The notes: generated by a model from the sequence alone, not told the origin. A DNA stretch of 64,000 nucleotides from the human T2T-CHM13v2.0 reference genome, Homo sapiens (GCF_009914755.1 NC_060929.1), one strand, 5' to 3'; counted from the stretch's first letter, positions 50,107-62,872 are shown. Translations and numbers: made by a program.

Positions 50107-53100
50107 CGGACTGACTTCTGGTTTAACAACATGAGAGCTCTCCTGACCCACTTCTCAATAAAACTGATGGAAATTATGCAGACAATGCAATTGTATGAAG
50201 CTTCTGGAAATAGTCCTAAAGGCAACAGCAAATAAATATCTAGTGAAAAAAAATCTACAAAAATTCAGTGAGAGAGATAACAGTCCACAGTATTTGAATG
50301 AAGATTGTTGCAGATTAGAACACAGGACTTACTCTAACATCAGCTCCCAGTATAGGGCTCTCTTCCTAGGAGGATAAAGGATTCTCAGTTTCATTCTGTC
50401 CTCAGCTGCCTATTGTTGCGGCTGAGTGTGGTCACAGGTGGGGACTTCCTCCTAGTGCCCACCCACCATTTATGAAAGGTAGGTTCTAAGCAGGTGCAGT
50501 ATGCTAAGAATAATGGGGTTCTGACAGCTCTTCTTCCTGTTCATAAGCATGTGTTTCCAAGTTAGGAAATGCAAGCAAAGACGACATCATTACTATTTCC
50601 TCCCCTTCCACCAGGTGCTCAGCTCCCAGAGTTGATGTGTCACTCAGAAAAAAGCTTGCCTTTGTCTCCACCCCTAGCTTCAGAGCTTGGGCTCAGAGAT
50701 TTTGCCTGGGGGAGAAGCATAACAAAAAAACAATAGCTCCTAATCTGTCCCCAAATTAACTGACTTTATTTGCAACAAAGTATGGAGAAGTTTTAACCTA
50801 AAGCTACTCTAAAAAATATTGGACATTGTGGTGAAAGGCAATTTGAAGATTCATGGATCTAATAAAGATATAGCCTGGAATGTAAGGTGGTAATTTGCAG
50901 AAAATAACCCAAGGATAAGACAGCTGGGAGGAGCACTCCTGGGGCCAGAACAAATATGAAACACTAACCTCAGAAAGTAGTCACTCAAAGGGACCACAAT
51001 TTGATTGGATTGGTTTGATTGAATTAATGGAGGCATTTAAGCCTCGGGATATTGATGAAAACAATAGAGCAATCAGTAGGTGCTACTAGTGGAGTTTAAT
51101 AGCTGGATGTGGTCAGAAAAGAGTGGAAGAGCACCCTACCAATACAACTGACATCCCAAGATAACTGTGGGCATGCCCAAAACTATACTTCCCTGAGTCA
51201 CAGCATCAAAGGTTTACCACAGTTAAGGAGACGGGGTAGACTTCAGTAAAACAATTCATCCAGTCATTAAACATACAAGCAAAGAAACACTGGAACAGGA
51301 GGACCAGTACTCAGAGTTGCTATAATATAGTGTCTAAAAGGACCAATTTCAATAAAAAATTATGAAACCTTCAAAGAAATGGAGAAACATGACTCATACG
51401 CTGGGATAAACAGCAGGAAACAGAAACTGCCTGGAATAATACACAGATGTCATATTTAACAGTAAAAAACAAAAACTAGTGGAAATAATTAAAGAAGTAA
51501 AGGAAGGTATGTTGGAATGTTATACCAAATAAAAAAATCGACAAAAAAGTAGAAATTAATAAAAAGAACTAAATGAAAATACCAAAGTTAAAAAGTATAA
51601 TAATCGAAATACAAAATTTACTTGGGGGGCTCCTCAGAGAATTGAACAGGCAAAATAAAAACTAGCAAACAAAGATAAATGGATATAGATTATGGAACTT
51701 GAAAAAGAAAAAGAAAAAAAAGCATGGAGAAAAATGAATACAGCCTCAGAGAAATGTGAGGCATTATTAATCACACAAACATACATGTACGAAGCGTACA
51801 TGGAGAGGAGACAGAAGAAAAAGAATATTCAAAAAAATTACTGAAACTACTCGAAGTTATTGAAAAACAATAACCTAGGCATCCAGGAAGCTCAGTGAAC
51901 TCCAGGTAGTATAAACACAAAGTAACCCATGAACAAATCATATTAAAAAGAATGAAACTCTCTGACAAGGACTACATTTGAAAGCAACAAGGGAAATATG
52001 TCCCTTCACTTACAAGAAAACTCCAAAAAGATTAACACACCTGACTTATTGGCAGAAATAACAGAAACCAGAGACATTGGGATGATATATTTAAAATGCT
52101 CAAAGAAAGTTTCAACCTGGACTCCTCTATTCAGGAAAGCTTTTGTTCAAAAAGTGAAAGTGAAAGAAAGACCTTTACAGATAAACAAAATCTTAGAGAA
52201 TGTGTTGCTAGCAGACCAGCCATATATGAAATACTTAAGGAAGTTCTTCAGTATGAAAGCAAGTTACACCAGATGGAATTTTCAGTCCAACTTGAAAAAA
52301 TAAAGAATATTGTAGAAAAATCATGTAATTATTTAAAAAGTGGCATATTTTCCTCCTTTCTTCTCATACCTGATTTTAAAAGCAGTGGTATAAAATGATA
52401 TGTATATAATGCAACATAACATTGAGCCTATTGCATATAGAAATATAACATGTGTGCTATATTTGTCAATAACAGCACAAATAAGGTGGAAGGGAGTAAA
52501 GTTTTAATGGCCTAAAATTACAAAAGAGGTAAAATAATACTTAAAATAATGTATTGTTAAGTTTGTAACATTAACAGGTGCAATATGTGTAAAAAGGATA
52601 CTACAAAAAGTGAGGCAGGGAATAGAGCTGTATAGGAGTAACAATTCTGTATCTCACTAGAATCAAACTGAGATAAATCTAAAGCTAATTTGGATAAATT
52701 TCAATGTATATGGTAAACCCTAGAGCAAGTGCTAAAAGCATATAAACCATAAAAAAATTTAAAAAAATTAAATGCTACTTAAAGAATGTTTACTTAATGC
52801 AAAAGAAAGCTATAAAAGAGAAATAAAAGAACAAAAAGGACCCTGGAGCATATAGAAAACAAAGAGTAATTGGCATAAGTCCAGTTATATCTATAACATT
52901 AAATGTGAAAATATTAAACAATGTAATGAAGAGGCAGAGCTTTTCAAGTTGGATAAAAAAAATTCAATTATATACTATCTAAAGGTGACAGACTTTTGAT
53001 TGAGAATAGACCTAAAATAAAAATATGGAAAATATATATTATGCAAAGAGCAAACACTTACAAAAGGTAAAAATGTAAATATTTATGTTATATATATTTT

Positions 53101-53259
53101 ACCACAATTAAAAATACTAGAAAACTGACTTCAACAACATATTTTAAAAATTACACAACAGGATCAAGTGGGATTTAGGCCAGGATAAAGCAAGGTTGGT
53201 TCAAAATCTGAAACTATATTAATGGGATGCATTGTATCACTTGAATAAAATAAAAAATC

Positions 53260-53563
53260 AGTCAGGTACAGTGGCTTGTGCCTGCAATCCTAGCACTTTT
53301 GGAAGCCAAAGCACACAGATTGATTGAAACAAGAAGTTTGAGACCAGCCTGTGCAACATGATGAAACCCCATATCTACAAAACATACAAAAACTTACCTG
53401 GGTGTAATGACACGTGCCTGTAGTCCCAACTGCTTGGGAGGCTGAGGTGGGAGGATTGTTTGAGCTGGAGAAGTCGAGATTGCAGTGAGCCATGATGATA
53501 TTACTGCACTATAGCCTGGGTGAAAAAGTGAGATACTGTCTCAAAAACAAGCAAACAAACAAA
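53260..53563 (+). mobile_element. AluJ nested in L1MB ORF2
   Basis: Diverged dimeric Alu with (caaa)n tail; host resumes at cacataatcatctca. Confidence 0.93.
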
Positions 53564-53685
53564 GTCACATAATCATCTCAATAAATGAGCAAACTCCATT
53601 TGACACAATCCAGCATGTGTTCATGATTAAAACCCTCAAGAAACTTGAAATAAAAGAAAAATTTATAAAACTAATGAAGAGTATC

Positions 53686-53758
53686 TGTGTTATGCCATTT
53701 TTTCATTGCTATAAGGAAATATCTGAGGCCAGATAATTTAAAAAGAAAAGAGTTTTAA
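53686..53758 (-). mobile_element. Terminal fragment of an MST 3'LTR (partner of 56248-57443)
   Basis: tgtgttatgccatttttcattgctataaggaaatatctgaggccagataattt; degenerate 5-bp TSD gtatc (53681-53685) / gcatg (57444-57448). Confidence 0.75.
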
Positions 53759-53760
53759 AA

Positions 53761-54490
53761 CCAACCTGAAAGCTAGATGAAGAAATAATTAAAATTAGAT
53801 AACTGAATAAAATTGAGATGCAAAAATCCATACCAAAAAAAATCAATGAAATAGTTTGTTCTTCAGAAATATAAACAACATTGATAGACTGCTAGCTATC
53901 TTTAAAAAGAAGATCTAAATGAGTACAATCAGAAATGACAAAGATGACATTACAACTAGTCACACAGAAATACAAACTCCTCAGAGAATGCTATGAACAC
54001 CTCTATGCACACAAATTAGCAAATCTAAAGGAAATGGATACATTCTGGGAAACACATAATCCCCCAAAATTGAATAACGAAGAAACTGAACCCTGAATAG
54101 ACCAATATCAAGCTCTGAAATTGAATCAGTAATGAAAAACCTACCAACCACAAAAAGCCCTGGACCAGATGAATTCTACCAGATGTGCAAAGAAGAACTT
54201 ATATCAATCATATTGAAAGTATTCCAAAAATTTGGGTAGAGGCTGCTCTCTAACTCATTCTATGAAGCCATCATCAGCCTAATAACAGAATCTAGCAGAG
54301 ACACAATGAATAATGAAAACTTTATGCCAATATCTCCTATGAACATAGTCACAAAAAATCCTCAACAAAATACTAGCAAACCAAATCCAGGAACAAATCA
54401 AAAAGCTGATAACACCACAATCAAGTAGGCTTCATTTCTGACATGCAAGGCTGGTTCAACAGATGCAATTCAGTAAATGTGATTCATCAT
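53761..54490 (+). mobile_element. Primate L1P (L1PA15/16-like) ORF2 fragment
   Basis: atcagaaatgacaaagatgacattacaact, ctatgaacacctctatgcacacaaa, aaaaagccctggaccagatg; out of register with the host L1MB. Confidence 0.8.
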
Positions 54491-56249
54491 CAATGTGGTT
54501 TGAGTCTGAGTCTCCACCCAAGTCTCATGTTAAATTGTAATCCCCAGTGTTGGAGGTGGAACCTAGTGAGAGGTGACTGAATCATGGGGCAGGTTTCTCA
54601 TCAATGATTTAGTACCAATCCTTTGACATTGTTCTCATGATCATGAGTTATTGTGAGATCTGATCATTTAAAAGTGTGTGGCATCTCCCTCCTCATGCTC
54701 TTGCTCCTGCTTTCAACATTTGAAATGCCTATTCCCCCTTCACCTTCCACCATGATTGTAAGTTTCCCAAGCCTTCTCCAGAAGCCAAGCAGATGCTAGC
54801 ATCATGCCTCCTGTACAGCCTGCAGAATGGTGGCCAATTAAACCTCTTTTCTTTATTAATTACCCAGTTTCATGTATTTCTTTATGGCAGTGTAAGAATG
54901 GTCTAATACAGAAAATTGGTACTGAGAGTGGTGCATTGCTATAAAAATACCTGAAAAAGTGGAAGCAGCTTTGGAACTGGTAACAGGCAGAGGTTAGAAG
55001 AGTTTGGGGGGCTCAGAATAAGATAAGAAGATGAGTGAAAGTTTGAAACTTCCTACAGACTGGTTAAATGGATGGGACCAAAAGTGAAAGTTTGAAATTT
55101 CCTACAGACTAGTTAAATGGTTGGGACCAAAATGCTGATAGTGATATGAACAGTGAAGGCCAGGCTAATGAGGTCTCAGGTGGAAATGAGGAACTTATTG
55201 GGAACTGAAGCTGGAGCAAAAACCTCCTGTTATGCCTTAGCAAAGAGCTTGGCTGGATTGTGTTCATGCCCTAGGATGTTGTGGAACTTTTAACTTGAAA
55301 GTGATAATTTGGGGTATCTGGCAGAAGACATTTCTAAGCGGTAAAGTGTTCAAGATGTGGCATGGCTGCTTCTAACACCCTAGCTCAGATGTGTGAGGAA
55401 AGAAATAACCTCAGGTTGGAACTTATATTTAAAGGGGAAGCAGAGAAATTAGGAAATTTTGCATTGTGGTCATGAGGTAGAGAAGAAAAGCCCACTTTCA
55501 AGGAAAGAATGCAAGCAGGTTGCAGAAATTTACATAAGTAAAAAGGAGCCAAATACTAATATCCAAGACAATGAGAAAAAAGCCTTGAAGGCATTTCAGA
55601 GACGTTTGTGGCAGCCCTTTCTATTGCAGGCCTAAAGGCCTAGGGGAACTGAATGGTTACATGGGCCAGGCCCAGTGCCCCTGCTGCCCTGTGAAGTCTT
55701 CAGACACTGTTTCATGCATCCTAGCCACTCTAGCTCTAGCTGTGGCTCAAAGGGGTCCAGGTACAGCATAGGCCACTGCTTCAGAGGCTGAGAGCTATAA
55801 GCCCTGGCTTCCACATGGTGTTTAAGCCTGAAGGTATCTGGAGTCCAAGAGTTAAGGCTTGGGAGCCTCTGTCTAGATTTCAGAGGATGTATGGAAAAAC
55901 CTGTGTCCAAGTAGATGCCTGCTGCAGGGGGAGTACCCTCACAGAGAACCTCTACTAGGACAGTACAGAGGGAAAATGTGGGGTTGGAGCCCCCACACAG
56001 AGTCTGCACTGATGTACTGCCTAGTGGAGCTGTGAGGAGAGGGTCACAGTCCTCCAGATCCCAGAATGGTAGAGTCACTGGCAGCCTGCACCCTCTGCAT
56101 GGAAAAGCCATGAGCCATAAGCACTCAATTCCAGCCTGTGAGATCAGCTCTATCAGCTGAATCCTGCATAGCCACAGAAGCAGATCTGTCCAAGGCCTTA
56201 GGAGTCTGCCATTTGTACCAGTGTCCCCTGGATGTGAGACATGAACTCA
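54491..56249 (+). mobile_element. MSTA provirus: 5'LTR 54491-54910 plus internal, 3' part deleted
   Basis: ctccagaagccaagcagatgctagcatcatgcctcctgtacagcctgcagaa; internal starts gaaaattggtactgagagtgg. Confidence 0.92.
55034..55131. repeat. 49-bp tandem duplication within MSTA internal
   Basis: agtgaaagtttgaaa(c/t)ttcctacagact(g/a)gttaaatgg(a/t)tgggaccaaa x2. Confidence 0.95.
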
Positions 56250-57443
56250 GCTGAAGCTGGAACAGCCTTGATGCAAAGCTGAGCAGGGCAGTGGGCCCAT
56301 GGCCTGGCCCCTGAAACCATTATTTCCCCTAAGCCTTTGGGCCTGTGATGGGAGGTGCAGTCTCCAAAATCTCTGAAGGGCCTTTGAGGTCTTTTTCACA
56401 TCATCTTGGCTATTAGCACTTGACTCTTTTAGTCATACTAATCACTCTAGCAAGTGGTTGCTTCAAAGACTGTATCCTCTCCTGGAAATCCTTTTTGTTT
56501 CTCTGCCACATGGCCAGACTGCAAATTTTCCAAACTTTTATTCTCTGTTACACTTTTAAATTTACGTTTCTACTTTAAGTCATTCCTTTTCACTTGAATC
56601 TGATTGTAGGCCATTAGAAGCAGCCATTCCACATCTTGAATGCTTTCCTGCTTAGAAATGTCTTCTGCCAAATAATCTAGGTCATCACTGTTAGGTTCAA
56701 CCTTCCACAGAACCCTGGTCCATGGACACAATGCAGCCATGCTCTTTGCTAATGTGTAACAAGGGTAGCCTTTACTCTAGTTCCCAGTAAGTTTCTCATT
56801 TCCATCTGAGACTTCATCAGCCTAACCATTGCAATCTATATTTCTAACAGCATTTTGGTCACAATCACTTAACAAGTCTCTAAGACATTCCAAACATTCT
56901 TTCATCTTTCTATCCTCTTCTGAGCCCTCCAAACTCTTCCAAACTCTTCCCATTACCCAGTTCCAAAGCTGTTTCCACATCCTCAGGTATCTTCATAGAA
57001 AAAGTCCCCTCCTGGTAGCAATTTTCTGTGCTTGGCAGTTTTTGTGTTGCTATAAAGAAATAGCTGAGACTGGGTAATTTATAAAGAAAATAGTTTTAAT
57101 TAGCTCATGTATCTGCAGGCTGCACAAGAAGCATGGTGCCAGAATCTGCCTGGATTTTAGTTAGACTCCAGGAAGCTTCCAATTATGGTGGACATTGAAG
57201 GGGGAATAGGAATGCCAAATGGCAAGAGCAGGAGCAAGTGGGTAGTAGGGCCTAGACTTTTAAACAATCAGCTCTAGCGTGAACTAACTGAGCAAGAACT
57301 TACCTATCATCAAGGAGATGGTACTAAACCATTCATGAGGGATCTGCTCCCATGACCTAATCCCACCAGGCCCAATCTCCAACATTGGAATCACATTTTA
57401 ACATGAGATTTGGAAAGGACAAACAAACATCCAAACTATATCA
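56248..57443 (-). mobile_element. MSTB-like provirus: 5'LTR 57027-57443 plus 5' internal
   Basis: Junction cctggtagcaattttc|tgtgcttgg; LTR end catgagatttggaaaggacaaacaaacatccaaactatatca. Confidence 0.9.
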
Positions 57444-57745
57444 GCATGTATGAAAAATCCATAGCTATCATTGTACTTAATGCTGAAGGATTAGATGATT
57501 TCTCCATAAGATCAGGAAGAAGACAAGGATGTCTGCTTTCACCACATGTATTCTAAATTGTACTGGAGTTTCTGTCCAAGGACAAAAAAATGCAAACCAT
57601 ATCAGCACCTATGAAAAAATCTACAGCTATCAATGTACTTAATGCTGAAGGATTGGATGCTTTCTCCATGAGATCAGGAACAAGACATGGATGTTGTGTT
57701 TTCACCACATCTATTTGACATTGTACTGGAATTTAAGTCCAGGGC
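57421..57745. repeat. ~160-bp tandem duplication spanning the MSTB LTR / L1MB junction
   Basis: caaactatatcagcatgtatgaaaaa... at 57432 and caaaccatatcagcacctatgaaaaa... at 57593. Confidence 0.92.
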
Positions 57746-59173
57746 AATTTTGCAAGAAAAGAAGTAAAAAGCATCCACATTATAAAGGAAGGAGTATGCT
57801 AACTCTATTTACAGATTACATAATCTAATATACAGGAAATCTTAAGGAATTCCCTACAGAACTATTAGAATTAATAAATAAGTTCAGCAAGTTTCAGGAT
57901 ACATGATCAATATAAACAAATTAATCAAATTTGTATACACTTGCAATGATCAATATGAAAATTAAATCTAAAATACAATTATATTTATAATAGCATCACA
58001 AAGAATAAAATATCTAAGAATAAATTTAACAAAAGAAGTTCAAAACTTATACTCTAAAAACTATAAAACACTGCAAAAAGAAATGTTAGAAATTTACTTA
58101 CATTTTCAAAAGAATCTTATGTTCACAGGTTGAAAGTTTTAAAATTTTGATGGCAATAATTTCCAAACTGATCTATAGATGCAATGCAATCTATATTAGA
58201 ATTTTGGCTGACTTCCTTGTAGAAATTGACAAGACTGATTCTGAAATCCATATGGAATTGTCAGTGACCCAGAATACCCAAGACAATTCTGAAAAAAAAA
58301 ATGTAGGAGGACTCATACTCCCTAATTTCAAAATGTTTTACAAAGAAATAATAATAAGACAGTGTTGTACTGGTACAAAGATAGTCATAAAATGGAATAA
58401 TATTGAGAGTCCAGAATAAAATCAAACACCTGTGGCCAACTGATTTTTGTAAGTGTGCCATGAACATTTATTGAGGAAAGAATAGTCTTTAAGAAAAAAT
58501 GTTCCTGGGAAAACTGGCTAGCTGCATGCAATATAATGATGTTGGACCCTTTTCTCAAACTATATATAAAAATTAGCAAATATTTAATATGTTGAATCGA
58601 AGTGAATCAAATACATAAATATAAGAACTAGTACACTAACACTATTAGAAGAAAATGGAGGGGTAAACTGTAAAATTCTTAGCAGAGAACATAGGGGTAA
58701 TTCTATATGACCTTGGATTTTGCAAATAATTTTTAGAGGTGACATCCAAAATCACAAGCAACAAAGAAAATATAGATAACCTTATCAAAACCAAAAAACT
58801 TTTGTGCTTCAATGGACAATATCAAAATAGTGAAAAAACCAGCCTACAGAATGAGAGAAAATATTCACCAGTGATATATCTGATAAGGAATTTTAAGTAT
58901 AGAGAACTCCTACAAATGAAAATAAAAATAAAATAACCAAATTTAAAAATGGATAAATGATCTGAATAGACATTTCTGTTATAGCCCAACAGGTTCTTCT
59001 TGCCTACAACACAAATAAAGCTAATTCATTAAGACAGTGGTATTGCAGCAGAGAAAGATTTTAATTGTCACAAGGCAGACTAGTAGAAGGATGGGAGATT
59101 TTTCTCAAATTTGCCTCCCTGAGAGCTTGGAGGCTAGGGTTTTTAAGGATATTTGGCAGATAGGAGGCTAGGG

Positions 59174-59329
59174 AATGGGTACTGATGATTGGCTAAGATG
59201 AAGTCATATGAGTATCCAAACTGTCTTTGGAGGCTGAGTCAGTTTCTGGGCAATGGGTATCGATGATTGGTTAGGATGAAATCATATGAGTATGCAAATT
59301 GTCTTTGCAGGCTGAGTCAGTTTCTAGGT
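59174..59329. repeat. 78-bp tandem duplication within LTR8
   Basis: aatgggta..gatgattgg..gctgagtcagtttct twice, starting at 59174 and 59252. Confidence 0.95.
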
Positions 59330-59556
59330 GAGGCTCACAGGACTGTAATTTCTTTGAGTCATTTCTTTGGTGTGAGTCACAGGTGTGGGTGGCATCAGTT
59401 GGTTCACCTGAATGTAAAAGTTTGAAAAACATCTCAAAGACTAATCTTAGGTTTGAAAATAGTGATGTTATCTGTAGGACCAACTGGGGAAGTTACAAAT
59501 CTTGTGAATTCTGGCTACATGACTCTTGATCAGTAAGCGATTATATAAAAGCAAAG

Positions 59557-59840
59557 TGCCTGTAATCCTAGCACTTTGGGAGGCCAAGGTGGGAAAATAG
59601 CCTGAGCTCCGGAGTTCAAGACTACCTTGGGCAACACAGTGAGACCCTGTATCTACTAAAATACAAAAAATTAGCTGGGCATGATTGTGGGCACTGTAGT
59701 CCCAGCTACTCAGGGAGCTTTGGTATGAGAATTACTTGAACCCAAGAGGCAGAGGTTGCAGTGAGCCGAGATTGTACCACTGCACTCCAGCCTGGGTGAC
59801 AGAGCAAGACTCTGTCTCAAAAAAAAAAAAAAGAGAAAAC
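59557..59840 (+). mobile_element. Slightly 5'-truncated Alu (Jb/Sz-like) in LTR8
   Basis: Dimeric Alu; TSD-like aaaagcaaag (59547-59556) / aaaagaaaag (59841-59850). Confidence 0.93.
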
Positions 59841-60404
59841 AAAAGAAAAGTAGGGAACAATGGCTGGGTATCATTTAACTATACCTATGTTTTAGCAGAA
59901 TTTAGGCCCCTCCCATAATCTTACCCTTGTGGCCTTTCATTAGTCTTATGAAGACAGTTACAGTCTCCAGAGGAGGTCAGTTTTGGGAGGGATTATTCTC
60001 ATCCTTGTCTCAAAGTTAAACTGTAAACTAAATCCCACACAAAGTGAGCTTGGTCTATGCCCAGGAGTGAGCATGGGCAGTTAACTTGTGATGTTAGAAG
60101 CAAGATGGGGTCAGTTAAGTAAGATTTATCTCACTGTTATAATTTTTGCAAAGACAGTTTCATTTCTTCAAAGAAGATATACAAATGGCCATCAAGAATA
60201 TGAAAAGATGCTCAACATCATTATCCATGAGGAAAATGTAAATCAAAACCACAATGAGATACCACCTCACACTCACCATTATGGCTAAAATAAAAGACAA
60301 ATAAGAAGAAGTATTGGTGAAAATATGAAGAAATTTTAACCCTCATACACTGTTGGAAGAAATGAAAAATTGTACAGCTGCTTTGTAAGACAGTCTTTCT
60401 AAAG

Positions 60405-60535
60405 ATATAGTAGCACAGGCCTATAATCCTAGCTACTTGGGAGGCTGAGGTGGGAGAATTGCTTGAGCTCAAGAGTTCAAGACTAGCCTGGGCAACATAG
60501 TGAGATCCTGTCTCAACATAAAAACAAGAAAAGAA
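60405..60535 (+). mobile_element. FLAM/FAM-type Alu monomer in L1MB
   Basis: Single ~130-bp monomer with A tail; flanking acagtct repeats. Confidence 0.85.
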
Positions 60536-60790
60536 AAACAGTCTGACAGTTCCTCAAATGATCAAACATAGAGTTACCATATGATGTTCCACTTCTACCT
60601 TATGCATACAAAAGTATTGAAAACATACATCCAGATAAAAACTTTTACATGTATGTTCATTGCTGTGTTATTCATAGTAGCCAAAAAGTGAAAACTATTC
60701 AACAAAACAACCCAATATCCCTCAACAGACTAATGGATAAACAAAAGGTTTTACATACATAAAATGAAATATTGTTAGAACTGATACATG

Positions 60791-61224
60791 TATCAACTTA
60801 AATGAAAGGAGCTAAATTAACATAAGTAGAGAGTTTATTTGGGCCAACCTTGAGGATTGCAACCTGGGAGCATAGATTTGAGTTGCCCTGAATATACACT
60901 ACAATTAGCAGCAGTTACCACTAGATTTTTAAAGGCAAAAAAAAGGAGCAGTTAGTTCCTAAGTTGTTTACCAAGAATTTACAATAAAATAACATAAGCT
61001 ATTGATTGACTATATATTGTTCTTTGCATTACAAATTCTAGGAACATGGAAGATAATGGGTGAGGCAACTAGTAAGGAACAAAATGACTTTGAACAATTG
61101 CCTCAAGCATGGGTGTGAGGGTGGGGAGCATAACTAAAGTCCCATAATCATGTTTGTCTGGGCCTAATAAATTTTGCATTCCTCACATAGCTCAAACTTT
61201 TCTGAGCTATTCTTTCTTTCCTCA
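60791..61224 (-). mobile_element. MER66A-like ERV1 solo LTR
   Basis: agagagtttatttgggccaa ... gttgccctgaatatacact ... cctcacatagctca; 4-bp TSD catg at 60787-60790 and 61225-61228. Confidence 0.85.
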
Positions 61225-61552
61225 CATGTTACAACTTGAATAAACCTTTAAAACAATATGTTAAATAAAAGAAACCAGGCACAAAAATCCATGTATTACA
61301 TAATTCTTTTCATAAGGAGGTCTAAAATAAGGAGATCTATAGAGATAAAAAGTAGAGTAGTGGTTGCATAGGGCTGGAGAGAGATGAGGGATATGGAAAT
61401 GATAGCTAAAGGGTATGGAGTTTCTTTTTGCGGTGACTAAATGTTCTAAAATTGACTGTAATGAAGGTCGCACTTATCTGTGAATATACATTGAGTGGTA
61501 CACTTTAAATAGGTGAATTGTATTGTATGTGAATTAAATCTAAATAAGATCA

Positions 61553-62069
61553 TTTAAAACAACAAGTGATTAATTGCTTTCAATTCCAAAATTTGGTGAG
61601 AATATATCGTGGACAGTTAGTCTCTCTTCAGTGTGGTATAAATCAGGGTCACTCATACCATTGTCTTCAAGTGGAAGCTCAATTGTTAAAAAAAGAAAAA
61701 GAAGAAGCCAAGACAGCTTCACTCACATATGTGGTGCTTCATATGTGGTGCTTCATCTGTGGTGGCCGCACAGATAAGGGCAGATTGAGCCTCTTTCTCC
61801 ATGTACACCTTCATGAGTTAAGCCTGAGTTTCTGTTCATGAAGACTTGATCCCAAGACAGTGAAAGTGAAAGCTATAGGTCTCTGCAAGCCTATGTTAGG
61901 AATTCCATAGTGTCATTTCTACCACACTCTGTTGATCAAAGCAAGTCACAAGGCCAGCCCAGATTTAAGGTGAAAGGAACTAGACTCTGCCAATTCATGG
62001 AAAGCATGAGAAGCGGAAACATAAAAAGAGGAAGAAAGTTGTTGTTATATTTAACAGAGATCTACTACA
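61553..62069 (-). mobile_element. MLT1G/H-like LTR, right piece
   Basis: cagcttcactcacat ... ctgttgatcaaagcaagtcacaaggccagcccagatttaagg ... atctactaca. Confidence 0.85.
61726..61764. repeat. 14-bp tandem repeat, about 2.7 copies
   Basis: catatgtggtgctt repeated. Confidence 0.9.
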
Positions 62070-62484
62070 GTATTCCACCTGTAAAAACTCATCATCAAAC
62101 ATCAAGTGCACAAGCAAACGTTTCCCATCTCTACCTACGTCTTTCTTTCTCTTTATAGCCCAATTTTAACTTTAAAAAAAAATCTCTCTCCTTATTTTCT
62201 CACCCATCACCCACATATCAATCCACTTTAATAGGATGTACCAGGTATAATAATTGTCAAATATCAAGCTCATTTATTTCAATTCCCCTTTTAAATAGAT
62301 TGACTGTAGCCTAACCTTCTCTGACTCATTCATGAAGTCCATATCCATAGGTGACAAGAAGGTTGATTTTAGTACATTAACAAGACAATAAGTTTGAAAG
62401 CCAGTTTTTATGGAAAGTGGAAATTTCTCAAATTTGCCTTACCACAGTCAAAGCCTAGAAGACCTAATTTATAAAGTTCACCTG

Positions 62485-62836
<352 letters not shown>

Positions 62837-62872
62837 TTAATGCACCTTCACTATTTTAGGTACTTTTCAGAT

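Larger units (their letters stand above)
58977..60162 (-). mobile_element. LTR8-family (LTR8A/B-like) ERV1 solo LTR
   Basis: Ends tgttatagcccaacaggttc and ttagaagcaagatgg...tttgcaaagacagtttca; 4-bp TSD tttc at 58973-58976 and 60163-60166. Confidence 0.88.
50107..61552 (+). mobile_element. Near full-length ancient L1MB (MB7/8-like 3' end) with 5'UTR, ORF1, spacer, ORF2 and 3'UTR remnants plus nested insertions
   Basis: ORF 52096-52398 KTFTDKQNLRECVASRPAIYEILKEVLQ is ORF1p C-terminus-like; ORF2 pieces lie in collinear order; flanking direct repeat tttaaaacaacaa at 50094-50106 and 61553-61565. Confidence 0.85.

Noticed and set aside
55632-56160. 159-aa minus ORF and 81-aa plus ORF
   Set aside because: Both lie within MSTA internal sequence; typical MaLR translations.
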